A stretch of 64,000 nt of DNA from an uncultured Spirochaetota bacterium (lineage in GTDB: Bacteria > Spirochaetota > Spirochaetia > SZUA-6 > CAVTHK01). The notes below the pieces were generated by a model. It was not told where the DNA came from. It made no database searches and saw nothing but the letters and a program-made list of their open reading frames with translations. The stretch covers positions 360,062 to 424,061 of the forward strand of contig CAVTHK010000009.1 in NCBI GenBank assembly GCA_963734495.1. Direction: 5' to 3'. Every line of letters starts with the position of its first letter. Position 1 is the first letter of the stretch. The translations under genes were made by a program, and so were the position numbers. Below, piece after piece: positions 43,236 to 53,716 of this stretch.

Positions 43236-44108
43236 TTAATCCCCAGTCAATTGACGTTTGGTTTCTTTTAGGCGAGAGAAAATTTTTTGATGTACGATCG
43301 CTGCCAGCGGAAGGATCCGGATCAGGATGATTTGCTTGATAATCATACCCACCCGCCAGAACGCAAAACCAGCCAGGCCATGGGCGAGCACTGCAAAAAA
43401 AGGCGGAGTTTGAAACGTGTAATAGGTCCAACAGAAGCGGGTAGTCCCCCATATTTCCAGAAATAGACCCAGGGCAGAACCTGCCAGAAAGGTCAATGTA
43501 GCCAGGCGATAATCTCCAGGGGTCAGGATCAACAAGCCACAGGAGAGTAAGGCCAGGATGGTAAGCGATTTATCGAGGAAGGGCCAGGTAAAAAAGCACA
43601 TCAAAACAAAGAACCCCAGGAAGATAGGCACATAAATCAGGCGAAAAACAGGCGTCATCGTGGCAGGTATGCGCCGATTGACAAAACGGACCATGCGATC
43701 GATGGTTAAACTGGCAATCGGCCAGGCAGGAATTATCCACAGCGGCGGTCGTTCTTGAGTGAAGTAAGTCCAAATCCGGGTTTGCGTCCCCCAGCCTTCG
43801 ATCACCAGCCCGCCGCACATGCCAATCAAAACGATCCAGGCATCGCGACGAAAATCAGCACCAGCCATGATCGCCAGCGACATAAAAGCGAATATACCCA
43901 GCAGCAACCAATCCAACTGGTCCCAAATCGGAATATCCGGTGAGATCTGAGAGAAATATTCGACCACCAGCGGCCACCAGACGACGATAATCAGCAGGAT
44001 GATCGCGACAAACGCGCTGAATAAATAATAAGAGGCCCGCGTCCAACCCAATGCGGCTGTCAGACGCTGGATTAGGCCGGGCTGTCTTTTCTGCGGGTCG
44101 TTTGACAT
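43236..44108 (-). CDS. Hypothetical integral membrane protein with an internal repeat
   Basis: Multiple TMs; repeated E.WGT.T..WTY motif. Confidence 0.7.
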   Translation of the reverse strand: MSNDPQKRQPGLIQRLTAALGWTRASYYLFSAFVAIILLIIVVWWPLVVEYFSQISPDIPIWDQLDWLLLGIFAFMSLAIMAGADFRRDAWIVLIGMCGGLVIEGWGTQTRIWTYFTQERPPLWIIPAWPIASLTIDRMVRFVNRRIPATMTPVFRLIYVPIFLGFFVLMCFFTWPFLDKSLTILALLSCGLLILTPGDYRLATLTFLAGSALGLFLEIWGTTRFCWTYYTFQTPPFFAVLAHGLAGFAFWRVGMIIKQIILIRILPLAAIVHQKIFSRLKETKRQLTGD

Positions 44109-44123
44109 GGCGGACATTTTACC

Positions 44124-44500
44124 CTATCTTGCTCCGATCCGACCGACAAGTTTAACCTTGAACAGTGCTTCCATAAAGCGGTAGGGCGGCAGTGAGGCGA
44201 GTATAGCCAGGTCGTTGGGCCAGTTACCATCTTCATCCAGAAAACGAAAGATGTGTTGGATCGGATTGGCTTGAAAAAGGTGGGCGAACAGGCGGGCGCA
44301 ATCCTCAGGATGGCGGTAAATAATCTGAAGCAAGAGGGTATCGAATAACCGGTAACGCGAAGACGAACGGGGGATCGAAAACGGATGGCTGAGGTGAGAT
44401 AATTCTTAAACGCAAACTCGTATTCTTCGTTGGTCAGTAGGTCAGCGGAGAATAATGTATATTCGACCAACGCCCGATTGGCGCTGAAAGGAAGGATATA
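44124..44500 (-). pseudogene. Lycopene cyclase family remnant (5' part missing, internal deletion)
   Basis: YILPFSANRALVEYTLFS...EEYE..KNYL joined out of frame to HPF..RYRLFDTLLLQI...LF.ANP...IFRFLDE...SLP. Confidence 0.7.
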
Positions 44501-44508
44501 CTATTTTT

Positions 44509-46201
44509 TCATTTCCCAACTTTGTCGAGAATCACCTCAGCTTTCAACGCTTTCAAGCGTTTCATCACGTCGTTGGCGCCGCGGCCAAAAGTATCATGCA
44601 GCTGCATATATTCGGCGAACAGGCGGTTGTAAATGGCATGTGCCAGCAGGATCGGGGCGATATATCTCGTCGCGCAGACGAGCCATGGCGCCGGCAGCCG
44701 AGTAGATACTGTCATATCCGCCGGCTGCACTGCCAGCAGCTACTGCACCGAACATGGCGGAGCCGACGGCAGGGGTCTGCTTGGCGGCGCCGACTTTCAC
44801 TTCCATGCCGGTGACATCGGCATAAATCTGCATCAACAGGTGGTTGCGATCCGGCAGACCGCCACAGCCGATGATTTCTTTCACCGGGACGCCGTGTTGG
44901 TTGAAGGCATCCACGATCACCCGCGTGCCGTAGGCGGTAGCCTCGATCAATGCGCGGTACATTTCCTCGGGTTTGGTCAATAGAGTCATACCCAGCATCA
45001 GACCGGTTAGATCAACATCGACCAGCACGCTGCGATTTCCATTCCACCAATCCAGGGCGACCAGGCCACTCTCGCCCGGTTTTAGCAAGGCTGCCTTGCG
45101 TTCGAGCAAAGTGTGAATATCCACACCTTGCTGTGCGGCTTCTTGCTGGTAAGCGGCGGGAACGCAGTTCTCGACAAACCAGGCAAAATGGTCGCCAACG
45201 CAGGATTGGCCGGCCTCGTAGCCGAAAAACCCAGGGATGATGCCATCTTCCACGTAACCACACATGCCGGGAACGATTTGTTCTTTATCTCCGAGCACCA
45301 TGTGGCAGTTGGAGGTACCCATAATAATCACCATTCGGCCCGTCTCAACGACGGTTGTGGCTGGGACGGAGACGTGCGCATCCACGTTGGCTACCGCAAC
45401 CGCGGTGCCGGGTTTCAAGCCGGTCCAACGGGCGGCTTCGGCTGAAAGACCACCGGCTTTATCTCCCAGGGAAACGATATTCCGGCTTAATTTTTCATCA
45501 ACAAAGTGCTCGAGACGGGGGTCGAGCGCCTTATAAAATTCATTGGAAGGGAAACCCTCCCGTTTGGACCAGATGGCCTTATAACCGGCGGTGCAGCTGT
45601 TGCGTGTTTCGACGCCGGTCAGCTGCCAGATCACCCAATCCGCCGCTTCAATAAACCGGTCAGCCGCGGTATAAACCTCGGGTGCTTCATTGAGAATTTG
45701 CCAGACCTTGGGGACAAACCATTCCGAACTGATTTTGCCGCCGTAGCGGTTGAGGAAACTGAACCCTTTTTCACGAGCGATTTCATTTAAGCGGTTGGCT
45801 TCCGGCTGGGCGGCATGATGTTTCCATAATTTTATCCAGGCATGTGGATTGGCGCGCCACTGCGGAAGGAAGCACAGCGGGGTGCCATCGGCTTTGGTAG
45901 GCAGCATGGTGCAGGCTGTGAAATCGACACCAATCCCGATCACATCTTGCGGGCTTACGCGGCTTTCCTTCAGCACTGCCGGGATGGTACGCTTGAACAC
46001 TTCGAGATAATCGTTGGGGTCCTGGAGTGCCCAATCGGGTTCAAGCCTGATATTGGTCTCAGGAAGACGCTCGTCAATCACGCCATTGGCGTAACGATGG
46101 ACCGCGGTGGCGATTTCTTCTCCAGTGCCCACGTCAACCAGGACAGCCCGACCGGACTCGGTGCCGAAATCCACTCCAATAGCATATTTTTTTTCAGCCA
46201 T
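44509..46201 (-). CDS. araB: Ribulokinase; frameshift near the C-terminus
   Basis: [48 protein letters not shown]. Confidence 0.92.
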
Positions 46202-46260
46202 CTTATTCCTCCTCAGATTGATGAAAACAATTCTGGTTAACCCTCAAAGGTTATAGATCA

Positions 46261-47291
46261 TTATCCCCGGTTTGTACTGTTGCGAATTACCAGGCGGGGC
46301 TGGAGCAGGATGGTTTTAGGTTCGGATGATTCCTTTGTTTCACGCAGCGAGCGGATCATTTGCACGACTTCCCGAACCGCTGATGCTCCTAATTCGCGCA
46401 GCGGCTGGCGGACAGTGGTGAGGGAGGGAATGAAGTACGCGGAATCGGGATAATCGTCGAAACCCACCACGCGCAATTGATCGGGTATGCTGATACCCAG
46501 AGATTGGGCTGCTTTTAATACACCCAGGGCCATCTGGTCATTCGCCGCGAAGATCCCATCCAGATCGGAATGGGAGCTCTGCAATGCACGAAAAGCCTGT
46601 TCACCACTGGCGGCGCTCCAATTGCCTTCTACGCAAAGCGAATTGGAAGGTTCCACCCCGGCGCGGGCCAGGGCCTGGCGCCAACCTGCACAGCGCTCAC
46701 TGGATTCCCACCATTGGGATGGTCCGCCTGACAAAGCCAATCTTGCGGCAGCCGCGTTCGACCAGGTGGCTGACCGCCAGGTCGGCTCCATGACGGTTGT
46801 CGATCGCCACCACACTGACGGCTGGGTCGGGTTGATTCAGGAAGATCACCGGTGATGTGCGGGTCAGGAGAGGCGCGATGAAGCGTGAACGGTTCTGACC
46901 AACCGGAGGGGTGGCCCAAATAATTCCATCCACCTGGCGGCTGTCCAACTCATACAGAATCTGGCTGAGATCTTCTTTTTCCGGTTCGTGGGTCAGGATC
47001 AAGGTGAGAGAAAATCCCAAGGGATTCGGCTTCTTGCTGGATGCCGATTAACATGGTGGATGGACCGTAATATTCCAGCCCGGTCGCCACCACTCCCAGC
47101 GTGCGCGAATGACGGGTGATCAGCGAACGAGCAATGGTATTCGGCTGGTACCCCAATTCAAAGATGAACTGTTGTACACGCAGGCGGGTATCCTCAGCTA
47201 CATCCGGGCGCTGATTAACCACGCGGGATACAGTTTGAGCCGAAACGCCGGCAGCCCGGGCGACTTCCTTTAAGGTAGCTTTCTTGATCAT
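46261..47291 (-). CDS. LacI family transcriptional regulator, frameshifted
   Basis: TLKEVARAAGVSAQTVSRVVN, ANDQMALG, GFDD, PSLTTV.QP. Confidence 0.92.
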
Positions 47292-47314
47292 GAGTGATTT
47301 ACTTCTTGAATTCC

Positions 47315-47356
47315 CGTGAACGATAACAATATAGCATAGCGGTTTCCAGAAGTCAA
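47315..47356 (-). promoter_or_regulatory. Extended -10 sigma70 promoter with an adjacent LacI-type operator
   Basis: Minus strand TTGACT-17 nt (ending TGC)-TATATT, immediately followed by the CG-centred pseudo-palindrome TGTTATCGTTCACG. Confidence 0.7.
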
Positions 47357-47457
47357 TCAAAATAATAGATAAGCCTATGATGGCGATCAGACCTGGGGTA
47401 TGATTACCGCATTAAAAAATTATCCCAACTACAGGTAATCAGGTAACAGGAGACCGT

Positions 47458-47814
47458 ATGGTAAGTCGCTTAGATGAATTTCGAAATTACCGCACCCGGA
47501 TGAATGCACGCATTGCCGAGATCGATCACCTGGGGATAAAAAGGTTTTTCAATCTGGACAACAGCGCCTATAAAAATGACGCGCTGGATGGGAAAACGAA
47601 GGAATTATTGGGATTGGTGGCTTCGATGGTATTGCGCTGCAATGACTGCATCGATTATCACATACTCGAGTGTGTGGATGCAGGTTGGACAGACGCAGAA
47701 CTATATGATGCATTTAATGTTGCTCTGGTGGTAGGGGGCAGTATCGTGATCCCTCACTTACGCCATGCGGTCGAGAGCCTGGACCTCTACCGGCAAGAGG
47801 CCTTGCATGCCTGA
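47458..47814 (+). CDS. Carboxymuconolactone decarboxylase/AhpD family protein
   Basis: ALDGKTKELLGL, RCNDCIDYH. Confidence 0.88.
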   Translation: MVSRLDEFRNYRTRMNARIAEIDHLGIKRFFNLDNSAYKNDALDGKTKELLGLVASMVLRCNDCIDYHILECVDAGWTDAELYDAFNVALVVGGSIVIPHLRHAVESLDLYRQEALHA

Positions 47815-48778
47815 CCAAATCAGCCCTGCTTTTTGGGTGGGCCCGATCCCAGTTTTTGGCAACCTGATCCTTTCACCGATGGATGGGGTGACCGACCTGC
47901 CTTTTCGGATCATCACGCGGCGATTGGGATCAGCGATGAGCTACACCGAGTTCATCAATGCGATGGACGTGGTGAACGGAAATCCCCACCTGCCGGAACG
48001 GCTGCGTTTCTTGGAAGAAGAACGGCCGGTGGTCATCCAGATTTATGATGACCAACCTGGGCGGATGGTTGAAGCTGCCCAAGTGCTGGAGATGTTACAT
48101 CCGGATATTATCGATGTCAATATGGGCTGTCCGGCGAAAACGGTGTCTTGCCGTGGGGCAGGAGCGGGTTTGCTGAAGGAACCGAAAAAGGTCGCCGAAA
48201 TCATCTCCAGCCTGACTGCCAATCTTACCGTACCGGTGACCGCTAAGATCCGCCTGGGTTGGGATGACCAGAGCCGGAATTACCTCGAAATTGCCAAGAT
48301 TGTCGAAGGGTCAGGCGGAAAATTGCTGGCAGTGCACGGACGGACGCGCATGCAGAATTACGGCGGGAAGGCCGATTGGGATGCGATTGCCGAAATCAAA
48401 CAGGCGGTGCGCATCCCGGTCATCGGGAATGGCGATGTAAACAAAGTTGCCGATATTCAACGCCTCATCCAACACACAGGTTGTGATGGGGTGATGATTG
48501 GACGGGCAGCCATCGAGAATCCCTGGATCTTTTCCGGAAAAGATCGTAACCAGGTGGACCCGGCCCTGGTTTACATGACGTTGATGGATCATCTCAAAGC
48601 AAACTTAGATTACTACGGGGAAAAAGGGCTGGTATTTTTACGAAAATACGTAAAACGATATCTCAGGCTGTATTCCATCGATCCAGAGCAAATGTATGCG
48701 CTAATGACCTGTGAGCAGCCAGGGCATTTTATCGAGTTGGTGGATGAGGTGTTTCAGGCAATCCGTTCGCCGGTCTAA
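47807..48778 (+). CDS. dusB: tRNA-dihydrouridine synthase
   Basis: PMDGVTD, NMGCP, KIRLGW, VHGRT, GNGD, MIGRA. Confidence 0.9.
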   Translation: MPDQISPAFWVGPIPVFGNLILSPMDGVTDLPFRIITRRLGSAMSYTEFINAMDVVNGNPHLPERLRFLEEERPVVIQIYDDQPGRMVEAAQVLEMLHPDIIDVNMGCPAKTVSCRGAGAGLLKEPKKVAEIISSLTANLTVPVTAKIRLGWDDQSRNYLEIAKIVEGSGGKLLAVHGRTRMQNYGGKADWDAIAEIKQAVRIPVIGNGDVNKVADIQRLIQHTGCDGVMIGRAAIENPWIFSGKDRNQVDPALVYMTLMDHLKANLDYYGEKGLVFLRKYVKRYLRLYSIDPEQMYALMTCEQPGHFIELVDEVFQAIRSPV

Positions 48779-48906
48779 ACTTCGAGGAAGGGCGATGGAT
48801 TTCTAATAGTAAGTCAGATGATTCTAATCATCCCGTGATTCCACTTCCCAATCGATGCAGTAAAGGGTAAACTTTATCCATCATTATTTGGAGGTTGGAG
48901 GGCACT

Positions 48907-49344
48907 ATGACCCAGGTTAAAGATTTGTTAGCCAAAAAAGGGGAGGCGCTGTGGACCATTTCTTGCCATTCAACGGTCAAAGAATCTCTGCAAATGATGG
49001 CGGATAAGAAAATTGGAGCGCTGGTGGTTATAGACGCAGGATACATGGTTGGGGTGTTTTCGGAACGAGATTATGCCCGCAAGGTGGTCTCGGTGCCAGA
49101 TTTTTCACTGGAGACGCCGGTCGACCAATTAATGACCCGCCGAGTTTTTTATGTCTCCCCTGAGGATACGCTTGACGAGTGCATGGCGCTGATGACCAAT
49201 CAAAATATCCGCCATTTACCGGTGATGGATGAGGGTATCCTGGTTGGGATGATTTCCGTCGGCGATGTGGTGAAAGAAACCTTATTTGAGATGGATTCCA
49301 GGATCAAAGACCTGGAAAATTATCTCTGGATCCATCTGATTTAG
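48907..49344 (+). CDS. CBS domain protein
   Basis: IGALVV, FSERDYARK, IRHLPV, ISVGDVVK. Confidence 0.9.
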   Translation: MTQVKDLLAKKGEALWTISCHSTVKESLQMMADKKIGALVVIDAGYMVGVFSERDYARKVVSVPDFSLETPVDQLMTRRVFYVSPEDTLDECMALMTNQNIRHLPVMDEGILVGMISVGDVVKETLFEMDSRIKDLENYLWIHLI

Positions 49345-49353
49345 GGAGGGCGA

Positions 49354-49801
49354 ATGACAACCGTTAACGATATTCTGGAATCCAAGGGAAAAGCCATTTA
49401 TTCGGTAGAACCCGATACATCGATCGAGGCCGCGCTGGAATATTATGGCTGAAAAGGGAATTGGGGCGTTGATTGTGGTCACTGGATGGAGTCATTTCGG
49501 GGATGTTCTCCGAGCGGGATTTTGCTCGAAAAACATTGACCATCGATGGGTTCAATCTGAAGACTGCCGGTGCGCAGCCTGATGACTACCCCGGTTTATT
49601 TTGTTAAACCAGAGCAATCGCTGGAAGAATGCATGGCTTTGATGACAAAGATGCGACATTCGCCATATTCCAGTGATGAAAAACGAGGAATTGGTCGGCC
49701 TGGTTTCCATCCGGGATGTGGTTAAATGGCTGATCGATGATAAATCTTACGTGATCCACGAATTGGAAAGATTCGTCTATTCTCCTCCGGAAGAAGATTA
49801 A
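49354..49801 (+). CDS. Second CBS domain protein (tandem paralog), frameshifted
   Basis: MTTVNDILESKG, IGALIV, FSERDFARK, LEECMALMT, DVVK. Confidence 0.8.
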
Positions 49802-49820
49802 GAGTCAGATATCTTTAAAG

Positions 49821-49859
49821 AGTTGCAGGAGCGACAGCGCCGCTCCTGCAACTTTTTTT
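49821..49859 (+). terminator. Intrinsic terminator between convergent CBS and fba genes
   Basis: 13-bp stem AGTTGCAGGAGCG/CGCTCCTGCAACT followed by a T run. Confidence 0.85.
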
Positions 49860-49871
49860 AGAGATAACCGA

Positions 49872-50822
49872 TTAACTTACCAGCTTGCGAACCGCTTCAA
49901 GCTGCCCATTGCTGCCAAGGTAACCATTTTTCTGCGGCGATGAATTTGGCATATTCGCCCATGAAGACTTTACCGACCGGGCGCAGGTCAAAGTTCTCAG
50001 GGTACTGCAGGAAATACTCGCGGTGCACGCGCGTCCATACCAGGCGGCCATCGGTGTCGATATTGACTTTGGTGACGCCGAGTTCGGCTGCGCGTTTGAA
50101 TTGGGTCGGATCGACGCCCTTTGCATCCTTCATCTTCCCGCCAGCGGCATTGATCCGCGCGACTTCATCCTGCGGGACCGAGCTTGAGCCGTGCATCACC
50201 AGGGGGAAACCCGGCAGGCATTTCTGAATTTCTGCCAGCACATCCAGGCGTAAAGCCTGGCTGCCGCTGAATTTATAAGCGCCGTGGCTGGTGCCGATGG
50301 CAACCGCCAGGGAATCGCAGCCGCTTTTTTCGACAAATTCTTTAGCCTGGGCTGGGATCGGTCAACATGGCATTTGCTTCACTGACCGCGACGTGCTCTT
50401 CCACACCACCCAGCATACCTAACTCGGCTTCAACAACGATGCCGCGGGCATGAGCTGCTTCGACGATCCGGTGGGTAGTCTCGATATTGCCTTCGAAAGG
50501 TTGGCTGCTGGCGTCAATCATGACCGAGCTGTAAAAACCGCTCTTGATGCAGTCGTAGCAGGTTTCTTCATCGCCGTGATCCAGGTGAACCGCAAAAATG
50601 GCATTAGGAAATACTTCATCCGCGCTGCGGATCAGAGCCTTCCAGCATGATTTTGTGGGTGTAAGAGCGTGCACCTTTGCTAATCTGGATAATAAAGGGC
50701 GCCTGGCTGTCCAGACAGCCGCGGAAGAGACCCATGGTCTGCTCGAGGTTGTTGATATTATATGCGCCGATCGCATATTTCCCGTAAGCAGCCTGGAATA
50801 ACTTCTTGGTAGTAACGATCAT
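49872..50822 (-). CDS. fba: Class II fructose-bisphosphate aldolase, frameshifted
   Basis: GAYNINN.E, HLDHG, VEAELG, GTSHG, VMHGSS, KVNIDTD. Confidence 0.92.
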
Positions 50823-50890
50823 TTCTCACTCCTTAAGTTTGTTTAGTTCTCGGATTGGACGTATTATAGTCCCAATTTAATCGTACCCGC

Positions 50891-52186
50891 TCATTTCTTC
50901 AGCCGGTAGAGCGTTTCACCGGCGTGGGGCACCAGCAGAATGCCTTCATTTTCCCGGTTGGCCCAATCCTCCGGGTGAATGGTGGCGGGATCGCGGTAAC
51001 CCAGGTTCACTTTCGCACAGCGTTCCGCTGAAATACCGGTGGCCAGGGTCACCTGGATGCGCGGATTTTCGATGCCATTTTCAAAAGTCCCAAGACCTTT
51101 CAGGTGGGTGGAATGGGCGATGACGCCCCAGGGGAATCCCTTAAAACGGTCCCACTGCTTGACAAAATAATCCCGGCAGTGGTACCCGATCTCGTCAAGG
51201 ACTTTGCCATGGGTATAAGAAATTTCGGTGATGTGCGGGGCATAGATGATCACTTCGCCACCGTCTGCGATGACCGGTTCCATTTTGTACATCCCTTTGG
51301 CGCCGGTCCAGATATCATCGTACAGGTGCGGCATCACCGATAACACCTGGCGGTATGGACGGTCGACATACTTCACGTGGACCTGTGAGGAAAGGTCAGC
51401 GGCTGCCGACCAGGTGGCGTCAGCTTCACCGGCGAAAACGCCGCAGATACCCTCGCTTTTCACCACCGGGCAGACGAACAGGCGCGGGGTGGGGATCAGG
51501 CCGGCTGCTTTGGTGATGACCGCCCGGATGGGAGTATTTTTGGTGCCGATCACCTCGAAGTTGGTCAGCAATGCGCCCAACCAGTGGGTGAAATTGATCA
51601 CTTCCGGGCCGCTGATGCCAGGGAAGAAGTATTTGTTCCCGCCAGAAAAACCGACGACTTCATGCGGGAAAACCGGTCCGCAAACCAGGATCATGTCGTA
51701 ATCCAGGACCATTTTATTGATGCGGACTGGAAGCTCCATGCTGAGCATGCCCTTGCTCAATTCCATGGTTTCTTCTTTACTGATCTTGCCCAGGGTGACC
51801 AGGGTCTCAGGCAGATCCCAGCGGTGATTGAAAATGCCAATATTGGCGAATTTTCCCTGGCGTTCTTCTGGAAGAATGCCAAGGTGCTGGTTCAGCGCCG
51901 CTTCGCTCATGGGCGTGTGCGTACCCAGGGCGATCAGGTAATCCAACCTGGCTGTTTTTCCCAAAAGGGCTTCGGCGAACAGGCGGAAGAACAGCTTGAG
52001 GGGCATGGTGCGAGTGCCATCGGGCACGATGACCAGCACACGCATTCCGGTAAAGTCATAGGTCTTGAAGAACTGGTCGGTAACCGCACGAACTTCATCT
52101 TCGCTGATGAAGCGGTCATTGAAACCTATCCCGAAGGATTTCTGGGTTGTGCTGACTGCCATTTGCATTTTTATCTCCTGGGTCAT
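50891..52186 (-). CDS. Lactate racemase (LarA) superfamily domain protein
   Basis: PDGTR, ALGTH, FPHEVVGFSGGNK. Confidence 0.85.
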   Translation of the reverse strand: MTQEIKMQMAVSTTQKSFGIGFNDRFISEDEVRAVTDQFFKTYDFTGMRVLVIVPDGTRTMPLKLFFRLFAEALLGKTARLDYLIALGTHTPMSEAALNQHLGILPEERQGKFANIGIFNHRWDLPETLVTLGKISKEETMELSKGMLSMELPVRINKMVLDYDMILVCGPVFPHEVVGFSGGNKYFFPGISGPEVINFTHWLGALLTNFEVIGTKNTPIRAVITKAAGLIPTPRLFVCPVVKSEGICGVFAGEADATWSAAADLSSQVHVKYVDRPYRQVLSVMPHLYDDIWTGAKGMYKMEPVIADGGEVIIYAPHITEISYTHGKVLDEIGYHCRDYFVKQWDRFKGFPWGVIAHSTHLKGLGTFENGIENPRIQVTLATGISAERCAKVNLGYRDPATIHPEDWANRENEGILLVPHAGETLYRLKK

Positions 52187-53016
52187 ACACCGCTAAAGGC
52201 AGAGAAACCGCCGTCGATCGGTACCACGATCCCGGTGACGAAACTGGACGCCGGCGAAAGCAGCCAGATCACCGGGCCAGCCAGATCATGGGGTCTCCAA
52301 AGCGGTTCATCGGAGTATGGCCGATGACTGCTTTGCCGCGCGGGGTTAATTCACCGGTTTTTTCTTCGGTCATCAGGAACCTGTTTTGCTCGGTCAGGAA
52401 GAAACCGGGTGCGATCGCATTGACGCGAATATTGGGGGAATATTCCTGATTGATATGGACTGCCAACCATTGGGTAAAGTTGCTGATCGCGGCTTTGGCA
52501 GCGGAATAAGCCGGGAACGCGGGTTAATGGGCGGAAAGAATTCATCGAAGAGATGTTGATGATATTGCCCGATTTCTGCGCGGCCATTAACTTGCCAAAG
52601 ACCTGGCTCGGGAGCAGGGTTCCGATAAAGTTGAGGTTGAAGACCCACTGCACCGCATCGGTGGGCAGGTCAAAGAAGGGCTGGTCGGCACTGGTCGATG
52701 CCTGTTTCTTGTTGCCACCTGCGCCGTTGATCAGGATATCTACCTGGTGATATTCTTTCAGAATTACGGATGCCGCATCCTCGATGCTCTTCTTATCCAG
52801 CACATCACAGCCCACGGCGATCGCCTCGCCGCCTTCGGCTTTGATTTCATCGACTACTTTCTGGGCAGCCTGCGGAAAAAGGTCCAGCACAGCCACTCTC
52901 GCGCCGCATTTCGCCAGCGATTTACTGATGGCGCTGCACAGTACCCCACCGCCGCCGGTGACCACCGCGACTTTTCCGGATATGTCAAAAAGTTTTAGAA
53001 GGTAATTGGTATCCAT
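52183..53016 (-). CDS. SDR oxidoreductase (mannonate dehydrogenase-like), frameshifted
   Basis: TGGGGVL, INGAGGN, NISSM, YSAAK, NAIAPGFF. Confidence 0.88.
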
Positions 53017-53089
53017 CAATTCTCCTTTAAGTAAATATCCTACATATTGTACGGCAACTCGATGAGAAAATAACAGGTTTTAAGGAAGA

Positions 53090-53716
53090 TCAAAACAGAA
53101 ACCGGCTGAACAAGATGGTGATGGTGGTCAGGTACCAGTGGATCAGGAATGGATAGTAAAACGACTTTGTGCGCCAGGCGATATAACCGAATACCGTCCC
53201 GCCAAAAATGCAGCTGATGGTTTCCAACTCCGGTTTGCCGAAATGAGCAATGGTGAACGGGACAGCCTGCAGGATGATGGCATACGGGCCGCAGACCGGG
53301 AAGAGAGCAAAAACCAGCAAACCGCGAAAGACGAATTCCCATCCGAAGAGATCGGCGGCATTGGTGAAGATCAATTGGACCAGGTTTTCCTGGTTGCCGG
53401 CGTAATATGCGCGAAAATCCGGGGTGCGCGCCACGAAAACCATCACCACGGTCATCAATAACCAGCCGCCGATGGTGAAAACAAGGCCGGCTTTCCAGTC
53501 CCCGATTTGAAAACCGTACATCGCCAGAGGCTGACGAAAAATCACGACCACCAGGAGCAATGGCAAGATCAGGTATAGGAAGGTATGGTCCATCCATTTT
53601 TCGATGAAGATAGCATGGTAATGATCGATCACGATCAGCAGGGTGGTTGCAAAGATGGTCGTCACCAGACGCCGATCCATTTTCAGCTCGGCAAACATGA
53701 ATTTTCGCATAGTCAA
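53090..53716 (-). CDS. CPBP/Abi family intramembrane glutamic protease
   Basis: WEFVFRG, F.IAH.GKP, IHW. Confidence 0.85.
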   Translation of the reverse strand: MTMRKFMFAELKMDRRLVTTIFATTLLIVIDHYHAIFIEKWMDHTFLYLILPLLLVVVIFRQPLAMYGFQIGDWKAGLVFTIGGWLLMTVVMVFVARTPDFRAYYAGNQENLVQLIFTNAADLFGWEFVFRGLLVFALFPVCGPYAIILQAVPFTIAHFGKPELETISCIFGGTVFGYIAWRTKSFYYPFLIHWYLTTITILFSRFLF

